Assembly: GCA_965235115.1 (NCBI GenBank)
Contig: OZ249436.1
Span: forward strand, 5,210,001-5,274,000
Length of the DNA stretch: 64,000 nt
Source of the DNA: Laetmonice hystrix
Lineage: Eukaryota
Reading direction: 5' to 3'
Position 1 is the first letter of the stretch. Each line of letters starts with the position of its first letter. The position numbers were made by a program, and so were the translations under genes. Below are positions 39,876-52,711 of this stretch, one piece after another. The notes under the pieces are model-generated. The model was not told where the DNA came from. It ran no database searches and saw only the letters and a list, made by a program, of their open reading frames with translations.

Positions 39876-40817
39876 GTTCCCTTCCGAGCCACCTTTTGTG
39901 TCTCCTACAGTGGAGAATACTAGGATTTCACGCTAGAGGGCAGCGTTGTGTTCCCCGCTTTAGTAATTCATCTAAAATACGCCAGGGGGCGGGAGTGCGG
40001 TAAAGCGGCCGGCGAAGCCTGTGAGTCAGTTTTTCTCCAACTCCATTAAAGCGAACTAGGGGCAATAGATTGCGAAGCAATACAGGAATCCCATTCCCCT
40101 ATTAAAAGGCGATGGCGGAAATGGCAAGGGGTTGCAATGCTTTGCACCTTGCATTTCTTTTTGCGGCAGTCATGAAAAGTCGAAAACGACCCGGCATAGG
40201 GCCTATATTATAGGCCTAGGCCTAATAAAGGGGGGGGGGGGGCTTAAAATATTAGGCCTACAATATTTTTACGATTTGCGGGTAATTTATTTTTTGCGGT
40301 CCTATAACATAGATCTACGAAACGTAAAACAGCTGGGATTTTTTTTAACGATTTGCGAGACACTCTTTTTTGCATGGGTTTGGGTTTTACGATTTGCGGG
40401 GAATTTTACGTTTTGACCCTTTTTTTGTAAAGAAATATTTTACGAATTGCGTTATGTTTTATTTTTTTGCGTTAATTTTTAATTTTTGCGAAAGTTTTAC
40501 GATATGCGGTCCTACAACTTGGCAGCCAGTGGCACAGTCATGCGTACATGCACTAACGACGGCGCCACTTGGCCTTTTCAAGGAGCATGGATTTGAGGGT
40601 GGTGGGCTATAGAACCGACACAGACAACGAGACAAAGTTTTCCAACACCTAACGTTAGCTTTGTGGATTAAAAATAAAGAATCAAAGCAGTAACCTGACC
40701 TATTTATCCCCTGTATATATTCGACCCCCTTTTGTTTCATAATAGAAGAAACTTTCTATGCATCTAAATTTTTTGGTTAATAAAAATGAAACCAGATAGA
40801 TCTCGTAGCGACTCTCT

Positions 40818-41170
40818 GTGTGGTATTGGAAACGGAACGAGCACGTGTCGATCTGTGGGCGTGTTTCTACTGCTGGTGTGGTATTGGAAACGGAACGAGC
40901 ACGTGTCGATCTGTGGGCGTGTTTCCACTGCTGGTGTGGTAAATTGGAAACGGAACGAACACGTGTCGGTCTGTGGGCGTGTTTCCACTGCTCGTATGTG
41001 GTATTGGAAACGGAACGAGCACCTGTCGATCTGCGGGCGTGTTTCTATTGCTGGTGTGGTATTGGAAACGGAACGAGCACGTGTCGGTCTGTGGGCGTGT
41101 TTCTACTGCTGGTGTGGTATTGGAAACGGAACGAGAACGTGTCGGTCTGTGGGCGTGTTTCTACTGCTGG
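40818..41170. repeat. 58-bp minisatellite, 6 copies
   Basis: Unit GTGTGGTATTGGAAACGGAACGAGCACGTGTCGATCTGTGGGCGTGTTTCTACTGCTG. Confidence 0.95.
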
Positions 41171-43084
41171 TAATTGAGCTCAACCGATCTCTGCCACGGA
41201 TTACGAGAACCTAACTCACGCAAAATACGGATTAGCCGTGGTTTGACGTTAATCCGCCAATGTTTGTGACATTCCCACTGACTGCAACAGATCATATTTC
41301 TTCATGTCTGGTTTACATTATGAACTAAGATAAAATCTTGTTGCGTGCGCACATATTGATCAGTTCGTATTTGAATTTTGGGGAGAAATTAAACAATTTT
41401 AAAGTTTCGAAGATACTGGGCATGCAGCTGATATCAAAATAGGCCTACGAAGGGCTGATGGTGAATGTGGATTTTTTTCTTTCCTTAATTTGTTTTATTT
41501 GCCCTGGCCAGGGTTGAACTCAATAAGGCATGAGGGTGTTTGGCGTGCGGGTAATTAGCAGATATAAGGGCAGGCTGCAGTAGCTCGATCAGTAGCCGAG
41601 TCTCTGGGTTAACGTAAGGATCACTTAGACTGGAATCTAACATTTATAGGGACAGGTGGCGAAACGGATAACAACATTATAGCGATCATATAAACCACAA
41701 CGGGTAAGTCACCAGCTCATTTTTATGACATCTCTGATGACCTCAGTCATTGCTAAGGTGTAGCCCAGAAATATTGCTTTACGTATACCGTCTGCATAAT
41801 ATTCGATATGAAAAGATCTCAACCAGGAAATCATATTTTGACAGAGCCATTGTTCGGTGACTGATCATATAGAAATTATCAAGGTTGACGGTCCTCTGAG
41901 GCTTTCCGCAATACACGTGCGCGGTTCGCTGGATTATTGAGGTAAACATTTGGGTAATACTTCTGTCAATGGATACATGTATAGGCCTACATTCGTTAGA
42001 AACTATATCTATAAGTGAGGGGACCCCCGTATATTTAAAATTGGACTGGCCAGCCTGTCCTTATAGTTATGGAAAGTTTGTTCTTTATAATATGTATAGA
42101 AATCTATAGTTTTGATTGAGGGTTATCATTCTATACATATCCTTTACATGACTGCTTCTTTCAGGATGGATTTTCGAAACATACCAACACGTTTAAGGTC
42201 TGTTGGTAGGGTGACGTTCCCTAAGCATGAAGTGTGTTATTAGACTTTTGCAGATCTACATTGCTTGATGTACTCCTAATTTATCAAGTTATCTGGCTTC
42301 GATATAGTTTAGGCACACAAGTACTGTTAAAAAGTAGGACACATACATCTGCCCTCCATGCCGTACACATAATGCACCTGTAGGCCCCATATATAACACT
42401 CCGAATTGACCATGCATGCTGAAACCTCCTCCTCCTCCTCCTCCTTGAAGCAAATTCTCCCCCTAACATAATTTACAGTCAGGATCTGTGCGAAAAAGAG
42501 GTTATACGAACACTATTGCGACTTCTCATTCTTATAATCTCGTACAAAAACAACAATTGATTTATACAGTCCCCAGTATATGAAAACAGACTATTGTGAC
42601 TTCTCATTCTTATAATCTCGTATAAAAACAATTCTTGATTTATACAGTCCCCAGTATATGAAAACAGACAAGCCTCAATGTGGTACATTATGTAAAGGTC
42701 ATCGATTGTAATTGCACATTTGCACTTAAATATTAATAGTGTATAGCTTTATCCAATTAGTGATCAAGCCAACTTAGGGACGTAATCCTACTTAAGGTAA
42801 TCTCTTTGTATGCAATGCATTTTTAGTTATATAGCTGACTTTGTAATGCTAGTCTAATATCTAATGTTCGACGTTAATTGAGTTGAAGATTCATTATTCC
42901 CTTATTATAATGAGATATATTTGATGTGATCAATAGACTCTATTCCTTTATTGCGTCCTCCTATAGGAGTGTGATGTGATTAATAGCTACAAAACACGGT
43001 TCTATCCACCAACGGATTACTTTTCTGGATGATATAGGGTTGTATACCCCATGCTGATTTACAGTGCAGGTTGTGTGGTGCAGG

Positions 43085-43298
43085 GTGGACTCAGTGACCT
43101 AGCGGTCTAAGCCTGTGGCTCTGGGTTCGATCCCCGTTGAGCCAGATGTGAGCAGGTTTGTGAGTGACTTGCTATATCTGTGCGGTTTCCCCCGGGATAT
43201 ACACCGGTTTCTCCCGCCATGCACTAAAACTATCCGCCTTGACCCTGGCTATTGCGAAGACGTATTAATAAACCCCCCAATCCAAACAAATGAATTGT
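43085..43298 (+). mobile_element. tRNA-derived SINE
   Basis: A box TGACCTAGCGG, B box GGTTCGATCC, central GGTTTCCCCCGGG..CCGGTTTCTCCC motif resembling conserved SINE core domains, A-rich tail. Confidence 0.7.
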
Positions 43299-43393
43299 AG
43301 ACATCTCGAATTCAGTTCGTGATATCACTAAATCGGAATATATATTAAAACGGCTTCCCATACTTTCAAGCTGGGAGATTGAGACACACACAC

Positions 43394-43399
<6 letters not shown>

Positions 43400-43481
<82 letters not shown>

Positions 43482-44005
43482 ACCCGCTGGTTAATTCGCG
43501 TAGGTCTATATGTATATTTATAATCCAGCGCGGCATCCATTGATCCTGTCTTTGCACGTCGATCGATTGGTCAAAACTACTTTAATAACGACCCCCCCCC
43601 CCCGGCCGCTCGTGTAACCTGTACGTGACACGGCTGGCCTGGAACCGTTCGTACCACTTCACGTTTATGGCTGTCAACCACGACTCTACACGTATTGTTG
43701 ATCGTCGAGTCATCCCATCTGCCGGTAAACCATGCACTGGAGGGACAAGGACGAGCAGTCAACTCACTCCAGTATATCAAATGATTTCTGGATCTTTAGA
43801 CACATGCCTCAAGATCCTCAGGTGGAGCTGCTTAGGTTTGACAGCTTAGAAAATGACGAGAGAGATACAAGCGCAGGCGCTAGAAGTGTACTTCTTGGTA
43901 GGATTTATCATTCATATCGTTGGAGTATAGGAGTCTATTTACAAAGTCCCGACGTAATGATCCAGTGTCCAAACACTTCACAAAGTAAATGCTTCTCTAG
44001 TTTTC

Positions 44006-44102
<97 letters not shown>

Positions 44103-44631
44103 ACACCCGCTGGTTAATTCGCGTAGGTCTATATGTATATTTATAATCCAGCGCGGCATCCATTGATCCTGTCTTTGCACGTCGATCGATTGGTCAAAAC
44201 TACTTTAATAACGACCCCCCCCCCCCGGCCGCTCGTGTAACCTGTACGTGACACGGCTGGCCTGGAACCGTTCGTACCACTTCACGTTTATGGCTGTCAA
44301 CCACGACTCTACACGTATTGTTGATCGTCGAGTCATCCCATCTGCCGGTAAACCATGCACTGGAGGGACAAGGACGAGCAGTCAACTCACTCCAGTATAT
44401 CAAATGATTTCTGGATCTTTAGACACATGCCTCAAGATCCTCAGGTGGAGCTGCTTAGGTTTGACAGCTTAGAAAATGACGAGAGAGATACAAGCGCAGG
44501 CGCTAGAAGTGTACTTCTTGGTAGGATTTATCATTCATATCGTTGGAGTATAGGAGTCTATTTACAAAGTCCCGACGTAATGATCCAGTGTCCAAACACT
44601 TCACAAAGTAAATGCTTCTCTAGTTTTCTAG
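43400..44631. repeat. Direct tandem duplication with 623-bp offset, each copy starting with (GA)n
   Basis: 43478-44008 appears identical to 44101-44631; the ORF track shows identical ORFs at +623. Confidence 0.95.
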
Positions 44632-47308
44632 TCTCTCTAGTTCTTGAAATGTCCGATGATTATTTATGTTCTGTAATATACACGTCATTTACTGTTTTAG
44701 ATGTTATTTCTGTTTAGACATGCCCTATATGTAGGCCTATATCGCCTAACTCACGCTTCAGTTCTTGTCACGCATTTTCGTTGTCCGCGGATATCATGCC
44801 TACGCAGGCATGATTAAAGGGGCCCAGTAGGAAGAATGGCACCAGTCTTGTTATTCATTATGTATATTTTCCAGGTAGATTTGATGGTGATATATCATTT
44901 TCGCAAAAACAAAAAACGTACAGGTCGATCGATCCATTTCAACCTATCTTCAATAATGTATATCAAACATATATTATAGGCCTTCACGCCCGAATGCATT
45001 TGGGAATCCTCGGCCATCTTCGAAAGTAGCCTCGGGTGAATTAGGCGCCATTTTGAGCATTGCATCGCGGGTATATAGCCGCCGTGACTCTCGCCAGCAT
45101 GGCAGTGCTTGCAGTATTTTGCCTGCATCAGGCATGGAAGCAACTAAAATATAGGCCTCCAGTGTTTTTCCCATAGTCAGTGGGCACTATTACGATAGTA
45201 TCATGTTCATGATCAGGGGCGGATCTATAGCTTTCAGGAAGGGGGGGGGGGGGGGGTTGATGTTTGAGTGAAGGTGACTGAAGGGACCCCTGAAAAGGGT
45301 CCGTTTTTTGTTTTTTTTTTATCAATTTCACCATCAAAACATAATAGTCAGCAGCTGAAGGGGGGTGGGGGGTTGCAGCCCCACAACCCACCTACCCCCC
45401 AGATCCGCCACTTATGATACAAGTAGTCCTACCATGTGTCGTGTTGTTGTCGTTCATGGGCGCGGCCATATTGCTTCCCATAATTTGATAAATTACCGTA
45501 TCACGCCCATTTAGGTAAATTAGGTGAGTCATTTTTCTTCTTCAAACGTTCCCCTTCATACCAGAATTTATATTTGCACATACGATGCCGAAGGAGCAGA
45601 TTTCAATAATGCACTACTTCCTGGTTCGATGGGATATGACGGTTCACTCAGTGCCTCGCTACACAGCTCCATTTGGCCCTGTATCCGGTTCCCAACATGG
45701 CCACTAATCCACCCGAGGGTATACGAATAGCAGAAGTGACGTCATATGCCCGAGGGAATCCCGAATGGTCCGAATGGTTATTTAACGTTAATGAAACTGT
45801 GGAGCGAAGTGAATGTATGATTTGTGTGATGTTTTCTGAAGTTCATTTTGCAAGGTTTACTCATGCTATTCAATGTTATTGCTGTCATAGGAGGCCCTCA
45901 CAGATTAGATCAACTACTCCTCATGAATGCCTCTCTGCCCTCCCTACCGCCATCTGGTGGAAGAAATCTTCTCAGAGGGCCCCGGATTGTTACAAGACCT
46001 CCTCTTCAAAACGTCTCAGGGATCACTAACAAACAGGGAAACTGCAAGAACCTTTTTAGAACCAGCAGAAGGAAGCAGCAGGACAAGACAAAGAAAAGAG
46101 TTCGACTTCGCCTGCCAGGGGAGACGTGTGAGACAGGCCGAGTCGATCCTTTCGCTGACAACTGGTTGGTGGACACTCCAAGACTCATACTTAGTGAGAA
46201 AACTACTATTGGCATGAGTTCAGCCTTACAAGAAGAACTCGAGGCGTTTTATGTGGAGGTGGCCCACGTTGACGAGACTGAATATGACCTACCAAAGGAC
46301 TGTGTGGCAAAGCTTACCTATTACGTCATGAGGAAGTTGAACTTGATGGAGCTCGATGGAGGCCTAAAGGTCTCGGCTAGGGCAACTTTTGTAGGAAGTC
46401 TGTATGATTCAACCCAGGTCATAGGTATCGGGGACATTGACGTACTTATCGGTTTCAGCATTCACGATGCTAGAATCGAGTCTGTACAACCAGGCTACAA
46501 TATCATACCATTACCGCGACACAGGGATAAAGAGGGTGGGCCTGGGGACAAGTATGGGTTCGGACGATCACTAGACGGACAATACTTGTCTTCACGTAAA
46601 GTTGCAAAGTTATTCTATGACCTTGTCAAGAGAGCCCTGAGGAAAAAGTCAAACGCCGTTGTCCAGCCCTTCACGCTGGAAGAAGGTAAATCCCAAATAA
46701 CGGTGTTACTAAACCAGAAATATCATGTAAATTTTCTACCGGCAGCTTGGGATCCAATATTGGAGGGCCACCTGATCCCTCGACCTTACATTTACGACGA
46801 AAACCCCGGCTCAGACATGATGTGGCGTCTCATGTTTGCTCAGAATGAACGCCATCTTATGCAAACAATGGATATGGCTGACCGTGGAGCCAGAGTGAAG
46901 GTTTATAAGATCATGAAGGCGCTCATCCGGTTGGAGCACACATTGCACGGCCTCCTGGGATACCACATCAAGACCGTCCTGTTACACGCCTTCGATAGTG
47001 ACGTCGACAGTACGCCACGGTGGCAACGTGGTAATATTGAACACTGCTTTATGTCAGTGCTTAAACAGCTCAAACATTATCTCTACAGCAAAAATCTTCC
47101 TCATTTCTTCATCCGCGGACAAAACCTGTTTGAAAACATGCCAGAACGGACTCTTACGAACCTCAGAAACAGAATAGCGTATCTTGTGTCGAATCCCAGA
47201 GAATGTACGAGAATAATAAAGAAACGACCAGAACAGGAGCACGTTGACGACATAGGTCAGGGCGAATCCCTCGCCTTGGGCAGGTCTACATCAAGAAGAA
47301 CTGTATAA
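44355..47308 (+). CDS. Mab21/cGAS-like (cGLR) nucleotidyltransferase-fold protein with MiD49/51-like features
   Basis: Main exon 45891-47308 contains VGSLYDSTQVIGIGDIDVL (GS-x-DxD), YLSSRKV, NFLP, WRLMF..NE, KIMKAL, GYHIKTVLL and LPHFFI..NLF. A phase-1 upstream exon 44355-44520 (identical copy at 43732-43897) fits the acceptor at 45890. AATAAA at 47387. The start is uncertain; the first ATG inside the main exon is at 45923. Confidence 0.88.
44996..45767. mobile_element. Second, inverted copy of the same MITE family, itself interrupted at 45214-45413
   Basis: Long reverse-complement similarity to 26125-26659 and 22667-22723. Further fragments near 26915-26947 and 48030-48110. Confidence 0.8.
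45214..45413. mobile_element. hAT-like MITE, 5-bp TSD, nested in another MITE
   Basis: TIRs CAGGGGCGGATCT / AGATCCGCCACTT, ATGAT on both sides; absent from the paralogous host copy near 26420-26450. Confidence 0.75.
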
Positions 47309-48775
47309 CTGTATAATTTTATCATGCACCGGACACTAACATATAATTTATGCATGTTTATATAACTGTTGCACGCATCCAAAAAGAATAAACGTAATAG
47401 CATATACCTTAATCCCCCACATAGGCCTAGGTCTATACCTGTCCTATTCCCTGGCGCATAAAATTTCAAATTCCAAAAAGCTTAGCATGTCATATTTAAA
47501 ATCTGTTATCGGCTGTTACCCCCGACCAATGTAGTATCTTTCCGGCAATTTTCGGCCACTTCGGGAATAGGACAGGTAGGCCTAAGTACGGGATTAAGGT
47601 AGTAGGCCTACCTATGTAGCTAGGCCTAGGTCTATGTTAGATATTTGGCAAATATTGAGAATAATAAAAAATGATTTCTTTCTACCCAAAACGATGAACA
47701 ATCAACATGCCCACAACCCTCAACGGGGCCACTGCACATTACTTCCCCTAACAAGGGGGCGGTCCAGTTGTTCAAAGTACCGGCATATAGCCTGTAAGCG
47801 CTAGGTCCAATTCACCCAATCACCAGGCGACTGATCAATGCAAAACTGCATGGGGGACGACCAAGGCCCCCCCCCCCCCCGTGGCGTACCCAGAAACTGG
47901 ACCCAGGGGGAGCTTGAAATAACCAACGTCGTAGGCAGTGCAAATTGGGAGGGGGCTGTGGGCAACAAGCGCACAAAAAAATGGGCAAATTGAGGGGATG
48001 CTTGAGCACCCCAAGCACCGTGAACGACAATCGGGAATCCCGATGTCATTTCTGCTCGAAAGTAACCCGGGGTGAAATCAGCGCCACATTGACCATTGCA
48101 CCCCGTAGTGATTCATTGTAGCCTACCCAACGCAACATTTTTACAAAAAAAAAAAATTTTCATTCTATAATAAAAGAGTGTGTGGTTAATAGAGGGTTAA
48201 AGTTAGGCGCGGCCCCCTCCCCTATCTCCCCTGCCACCCCCCCCCCCTCAACCCATGCAACCCCTCCGCCGGAGCAACATATCGGTAGAGCTCTTGGTTC
48301 CAGCAAAAGCGACCTCTGGTGGAAGTTTGTGCTAAAGGTGAAAGCCAACTACAAAACCATGTAGATCTCCCCAAACCAGACATGCAGGGAATGCGGCTCT
48401 CAACAGTGAAACCCAAACCCACGTCCTAGAGGACGGCGATTCACCTAAAAAACAGCGACCAAATCTTAACGACCCCAAAACGACCAAAAACACAACCAAA
48501 CTACTAATAGCTGACACCATCCACAGATGGGAAACAGCTGAGCCGACCCACCCCAAAGGGAACGGCGACCTGGAGAACCAGGATTAACGCACGAAGAAAG
48601 GAAAGAAAAAAGGGCGGCTCAACTCGGAACGGATAACACCCCGACTTACAATGGCGCGAACCACTGCACGGCGCTGTGATCGCAGGGCGCCACCTGGTGG
48701 TTTTCCCGCTATGGTCATATCCAACGTCAGGTGGCGCCTGTGTGTAGTTGACCCATGACCTGAAAAAAGGTAAAC

Positions 48776-51700
48776 ATGGACAACTTATCGGAGGGGAGTT
48801 TACGTCAATTAATCTTCAATATTGCATTGGTTGTGATTCTTTTGCCAACAAGTCACACTAATGGTATGTATTAGTGCAAGGGTGAATGCCTCTTAACTGA
48901 ACTAATACGGGAAGTCCAAGGGTTCTACCACATGCAGTGGGCATGGGCGATAATATGCCATAAATACCGTCCTAAGTTTCGACTTAGGCCTAACGTTATT
49001 GCTGAAGCAGTAAATCATTCATTATGGAATATTATGGGTGCCAGTATACAAATAGATCTTGATAAAGTTTCCATGTTAATTTCAGATCATTTTTCATGAT
49101 AGCCATATTAGGTCTAGGCTATAATCTATATTATCAGGCCTGTGATGTTTCCGGTTTTTGCCAGATTTCCGGCTTTTTTAATTTTTGGGTCACCCTTATT
49201 GCCTTTTAACAGTTAAAGCGACAGTCAGTTCCTATGCTACAGCATAGGAACTGAAGTCTATAAATAGCACATCGACCGTTAGGATGGCCAGCCTATCGCA
49301 CAATGCTGAAGGACGAGACCGTCGCTTTAATACCGATGACCTGAGGCCGAGAGGATCAGAGATGACCAGAGATGACCCAAGAAAAATATCAACTGGAAGC
49401 ACTAATATTAAACCCTCAGTGATATTTTTCGCGGGTCATCTCGGGTCCTCTTGGTTCATCGGTATTCAGGGTTTTCCTTTCTTAATACCGAAGACCCGCT
49501 AGGACTAGTGGCCATGTCGGGTCACCGGTATTAGGGATGACCCCTTTTTTGTATCAAAAAGTTACCCCTCTGTGATTGGTGCAAATGCATTGAGATCTTA
49601 TAATTCATATGTAGGGGGTGGGGGTAAAGCTCTTCAAATTGGTCAAAACTCACCGGCCTATAGTTGTAAACTCAGGGAGGGAGCACCCCTCCCACACCCG
49701 CCTATAGTTGCACCACAAAATTCAGGCTTTTTTTCCTTCACCTGATCACACCCCTGTAATATAGTATATCTAAGGCTAAACTTGTCAGTTAGGACCATTT
49801 CTTCCATTTCTGCTGTTGTACTTTGTAGTTGTAGTCTACATGTAGTTGTATAACTTGTCCTTAGACTAAACTTGTAGACTGCCACTTGTGAAGTTGTTTC
49901 CTGTATTATGAATGCCCAGAGTGGAAATATCACTGTTAAAATAAATAAAGAGGGATGGCATGGAGGGATGTTGATAAACCTACTGGTCTGTCAAACAACT
50001 AAACACCAACTATCTTTCCAGGAAAAACAGTTTCTATGAAGATTGTTGAGGAACCATCTAGTTTTGGGTAAGTCGGCTGAAAGGAAATATTTACCTAAAA
50101 AGGACTGACTGGTTTTATATGAAATTTCCTGTATAGGATAAACTTATCAAAAACATACAAATACCACTCACAATGTTAGCTTGTGTATGTAGATTTGATA
50201 AATTGTTAGTTTATAACAATTACGGTTTTTTTTACTCTCATGCTGTTTAACCTGGTTCCAGCCAGTGTGGTAACTCTTACAAAATGGAGCAACCATCTTA
50301 GAATTCATATAGCATGCCAACTTGTTACTTGTGTGCTGATGTTTGGAAAAAGGCTAAACATATTTGTATTTTTGTGGCAATCAACTTGTGTAGTTCCAGT
50401 TTTATAAGCAATAGGAGTATGTAGTTCCTGTCTTCTGCTACATCCAGGATGAACAATGGTTACCAGGACCAAGTCCAGGTGGACAAGATAACGATGAGAG
50501 TACAGCCTTCTAATTTTTCGGGACCCCCTCACCTACGAGCTCTAGATAAGAGATGTTTTACAAAAATTGATGATGCGTAAGTTCACTATAATTCACTATA
50601 AAATATATCAAATCAAAGAAAATCTGCCTGCATAGTGGATATTTTTCTTAAACATTGTTTTATTTCAGCTACAAGTACGAATTTTGTCCATTTTCCAATG
50701 TGACTCAGCATGAGCAAAGTCTAAGGTGGAACCCATATAGTGGTGTGCTTGGGTAAGCATAAAATTTGTCTTTTGGACAATTCAAACATTTGGACTGACA
50801 GTCATTATGTCCAGATGTTGTGCTGAAAGGGTTAACTAGATTGTAATCTTAAGCAGTGACCTTTTCTGCATTTATAGACAACTCATATTTGAGGCAGATT
50901 TCGATGACTTAGCCTCTATTTTAGGCAATAAGTTAAACCTTTTATCACTAGAATTGTGAACCCATTGAGACAGAAATGAGCAGCAGCAATTATCTTGTTA
51001 TTGCAGTGTCTGGCAGGAATGGGAAGTTGAGAACAACACCTTTAAAGCCATGGTCATGCGTGAAGGGGACACCTGTGGCATGCTCCACAGGACAACCAAG
51101 GTAAACATATTTTACCATTTTTTATTGTGACATAAACAGCCGAGTTGACATTGCTAGAATTGATGTCCCTAGCTATGTTCTTGCAGGGTTACATTAAAGG
51201 TGATAATAAAAATGAGATGAAGACAGAGGCAGCTGAGCATTTTTGAGTATATTTAAGAATTTAATAGTATGTTATTTTAAGTTAACTCTATGACTGGTTT
51301 AGCCTAAAGTTTGACCCCAAAAAAGTTAATTCTTAAGGATTTGACTTATGGATTTTGATAGGTAGTTATGAAGTGTGGTGAACGAAACGAGATTGAGAAG
51401 GTGACAGAACCAAGCACCTGCAACTACCTGTTGGTGTTTAGAACTCCATATGTGTGCCATCCTCACGCTATGCTCGTCTACCCAGTCCTCACACCTCAAC
51501 AGCGCCACCTATGGGATATTTTGGAGGGGCAATGGGTGAATGAAGAACTAACTCAACAGGTGAAGATGCTATTATCATTATACAAGTACATGTGAATATT
51601 ACCTACTGCATTGGTAATACAGTCAAGGTCTAGTCTGGTTGTTATCTGAAAAAAAAACTCCAAACCAATGACAAATAACTCCATTGTCAACCTCTTCAAA

Positions 51701-52711
51701 GTGTCTCCTTATAAAGCCATTGCTAAGACACCATGAAAATCAATTCAGTATGTTACACCAAATGAAAAACGAGAGAAAAGGAACTCTCAGTGCCAGTTAG
51801 CAACCAAAAAATGCTCCCCCCAGATTTTGAGTAGATCTGTCGACAGAGCACTACTTTCCCCAAGCTGCAGCTTTGAGCTGGTCATTCCGCTATGTTCATT
51901 GTTGTCAAATGATTATTCATGTTGTCAGTTTTTTTAATTTGGTAACAACTTGATTGGTTTTAGGGTTACAGGAAAAAGTTGCATCAATTATTTGAAAAGG
52001 CTGGTTTAATGTTAGCTGAGAAACAACGAGTGGAGGTTTCACAACATGCCAAACAGCGAGAGCGAGATGCTGCCAATCAGGAAAAGGGTGAATTTGTATC
52101 CCTTGATATTTGCTCACAGGTAAAGTAATTCCTGTTCCCATCCATTTATTATCATCACGTATACACGGCTCGAAATACTTTTAAAATTTTGATTCCCAAT
52201 AATTACAGAGTTATATGGTTTGTAGAAGCAGTAATAGGTAATATTTTGTGACTCACCTCTTAATTTGATAGCGTTAATTAATTTGATTCATAATACACTG
52301 ACTTTGGCATGCAAATTGCGATGTGAATCTGGTTAATTCGAGCCTTGATATAGAAATACCTCTTCTTATACTTGGATGCATATAATTTTATGTCATTTAA
52401 AATGGAACTGTGGTAGTGAGCAAAGGGTTTTCAGCAAGTTTCAGATTTTTTAAAATGCATTGACATGCTCAGCGAGCTTTCTTGAGAAGATAGGATTTAT
52501 TTTTTTACAGATGTATAGAGTTAAATCGAGTATCACAATCAGCTGTGTTCACTGCCATGCTCCAACCAGTTTCTTCTCCAATCTGTTAAAGATAATGAAC
52601 TAAATATATATTTGACAGGAGTACAGAAAAATAAAAGAGGAAATTCAGATTCTACGTGCCTCACTCCAGATGTACCAGGCTGGAAATGGAACACATGGTA
52701 AGTACCGGTAA
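48776..52711 (+). CDS. GNPTG: N-acetylglucosamine-1-phosphotransferase subunit gamma (MRH domain)
   Basis: Exons 48776-48863 (signal peptide), 50022-50067 ([11 protein letters not shown]), 50448-50576 (SGPPHL..CF), 50669-50752 ([28 protein letters not shown]), 51007-51100 ([16 protein letters not shown]), 51362-51559 ([21 protein letters not shown]), 51964-52119, 52619-52711. A donor after 52697 could instead splice to 54166-54206. Confidence 0.94.
49135..49756. mobile_element. Probable hAT-like MITE in GNPTG intron 1
   Basis: Imperfect TIRs CAGGCCTGTGAT / ATCACACCCCTG, imperfect flanks TATTAT/TAATAT. Confidence 0.5.
52164..52347. mobile_element. Probable MITE in a GNPTG intron
   Basis: TIRs CACGGCTCGAA / TTCGAGCCTTG. 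Confidence 0.5.

Noticed and set aside
43085..43145. tRNA gene
   Set aside because: A and B boxes are present, but there is no complete cloverleaf and a SINE-like body follows.
45848..45890. TTG start of the 486-aa ORF
   Set aside because: Lies in intron sequence upstream of a good acceptor at 45890.
40000..45890. LYR-motif upstream microprotein as in vertebrate MIEF1 mRNA
   Set aside because: I found no LYR-like ORF by eye; a tBLASTn search would be needed to exclude it.
48360..48587. Open frame upstream of GNPTG
   Set aside because: No start codon, no convincing splice support and no recognisable domain.
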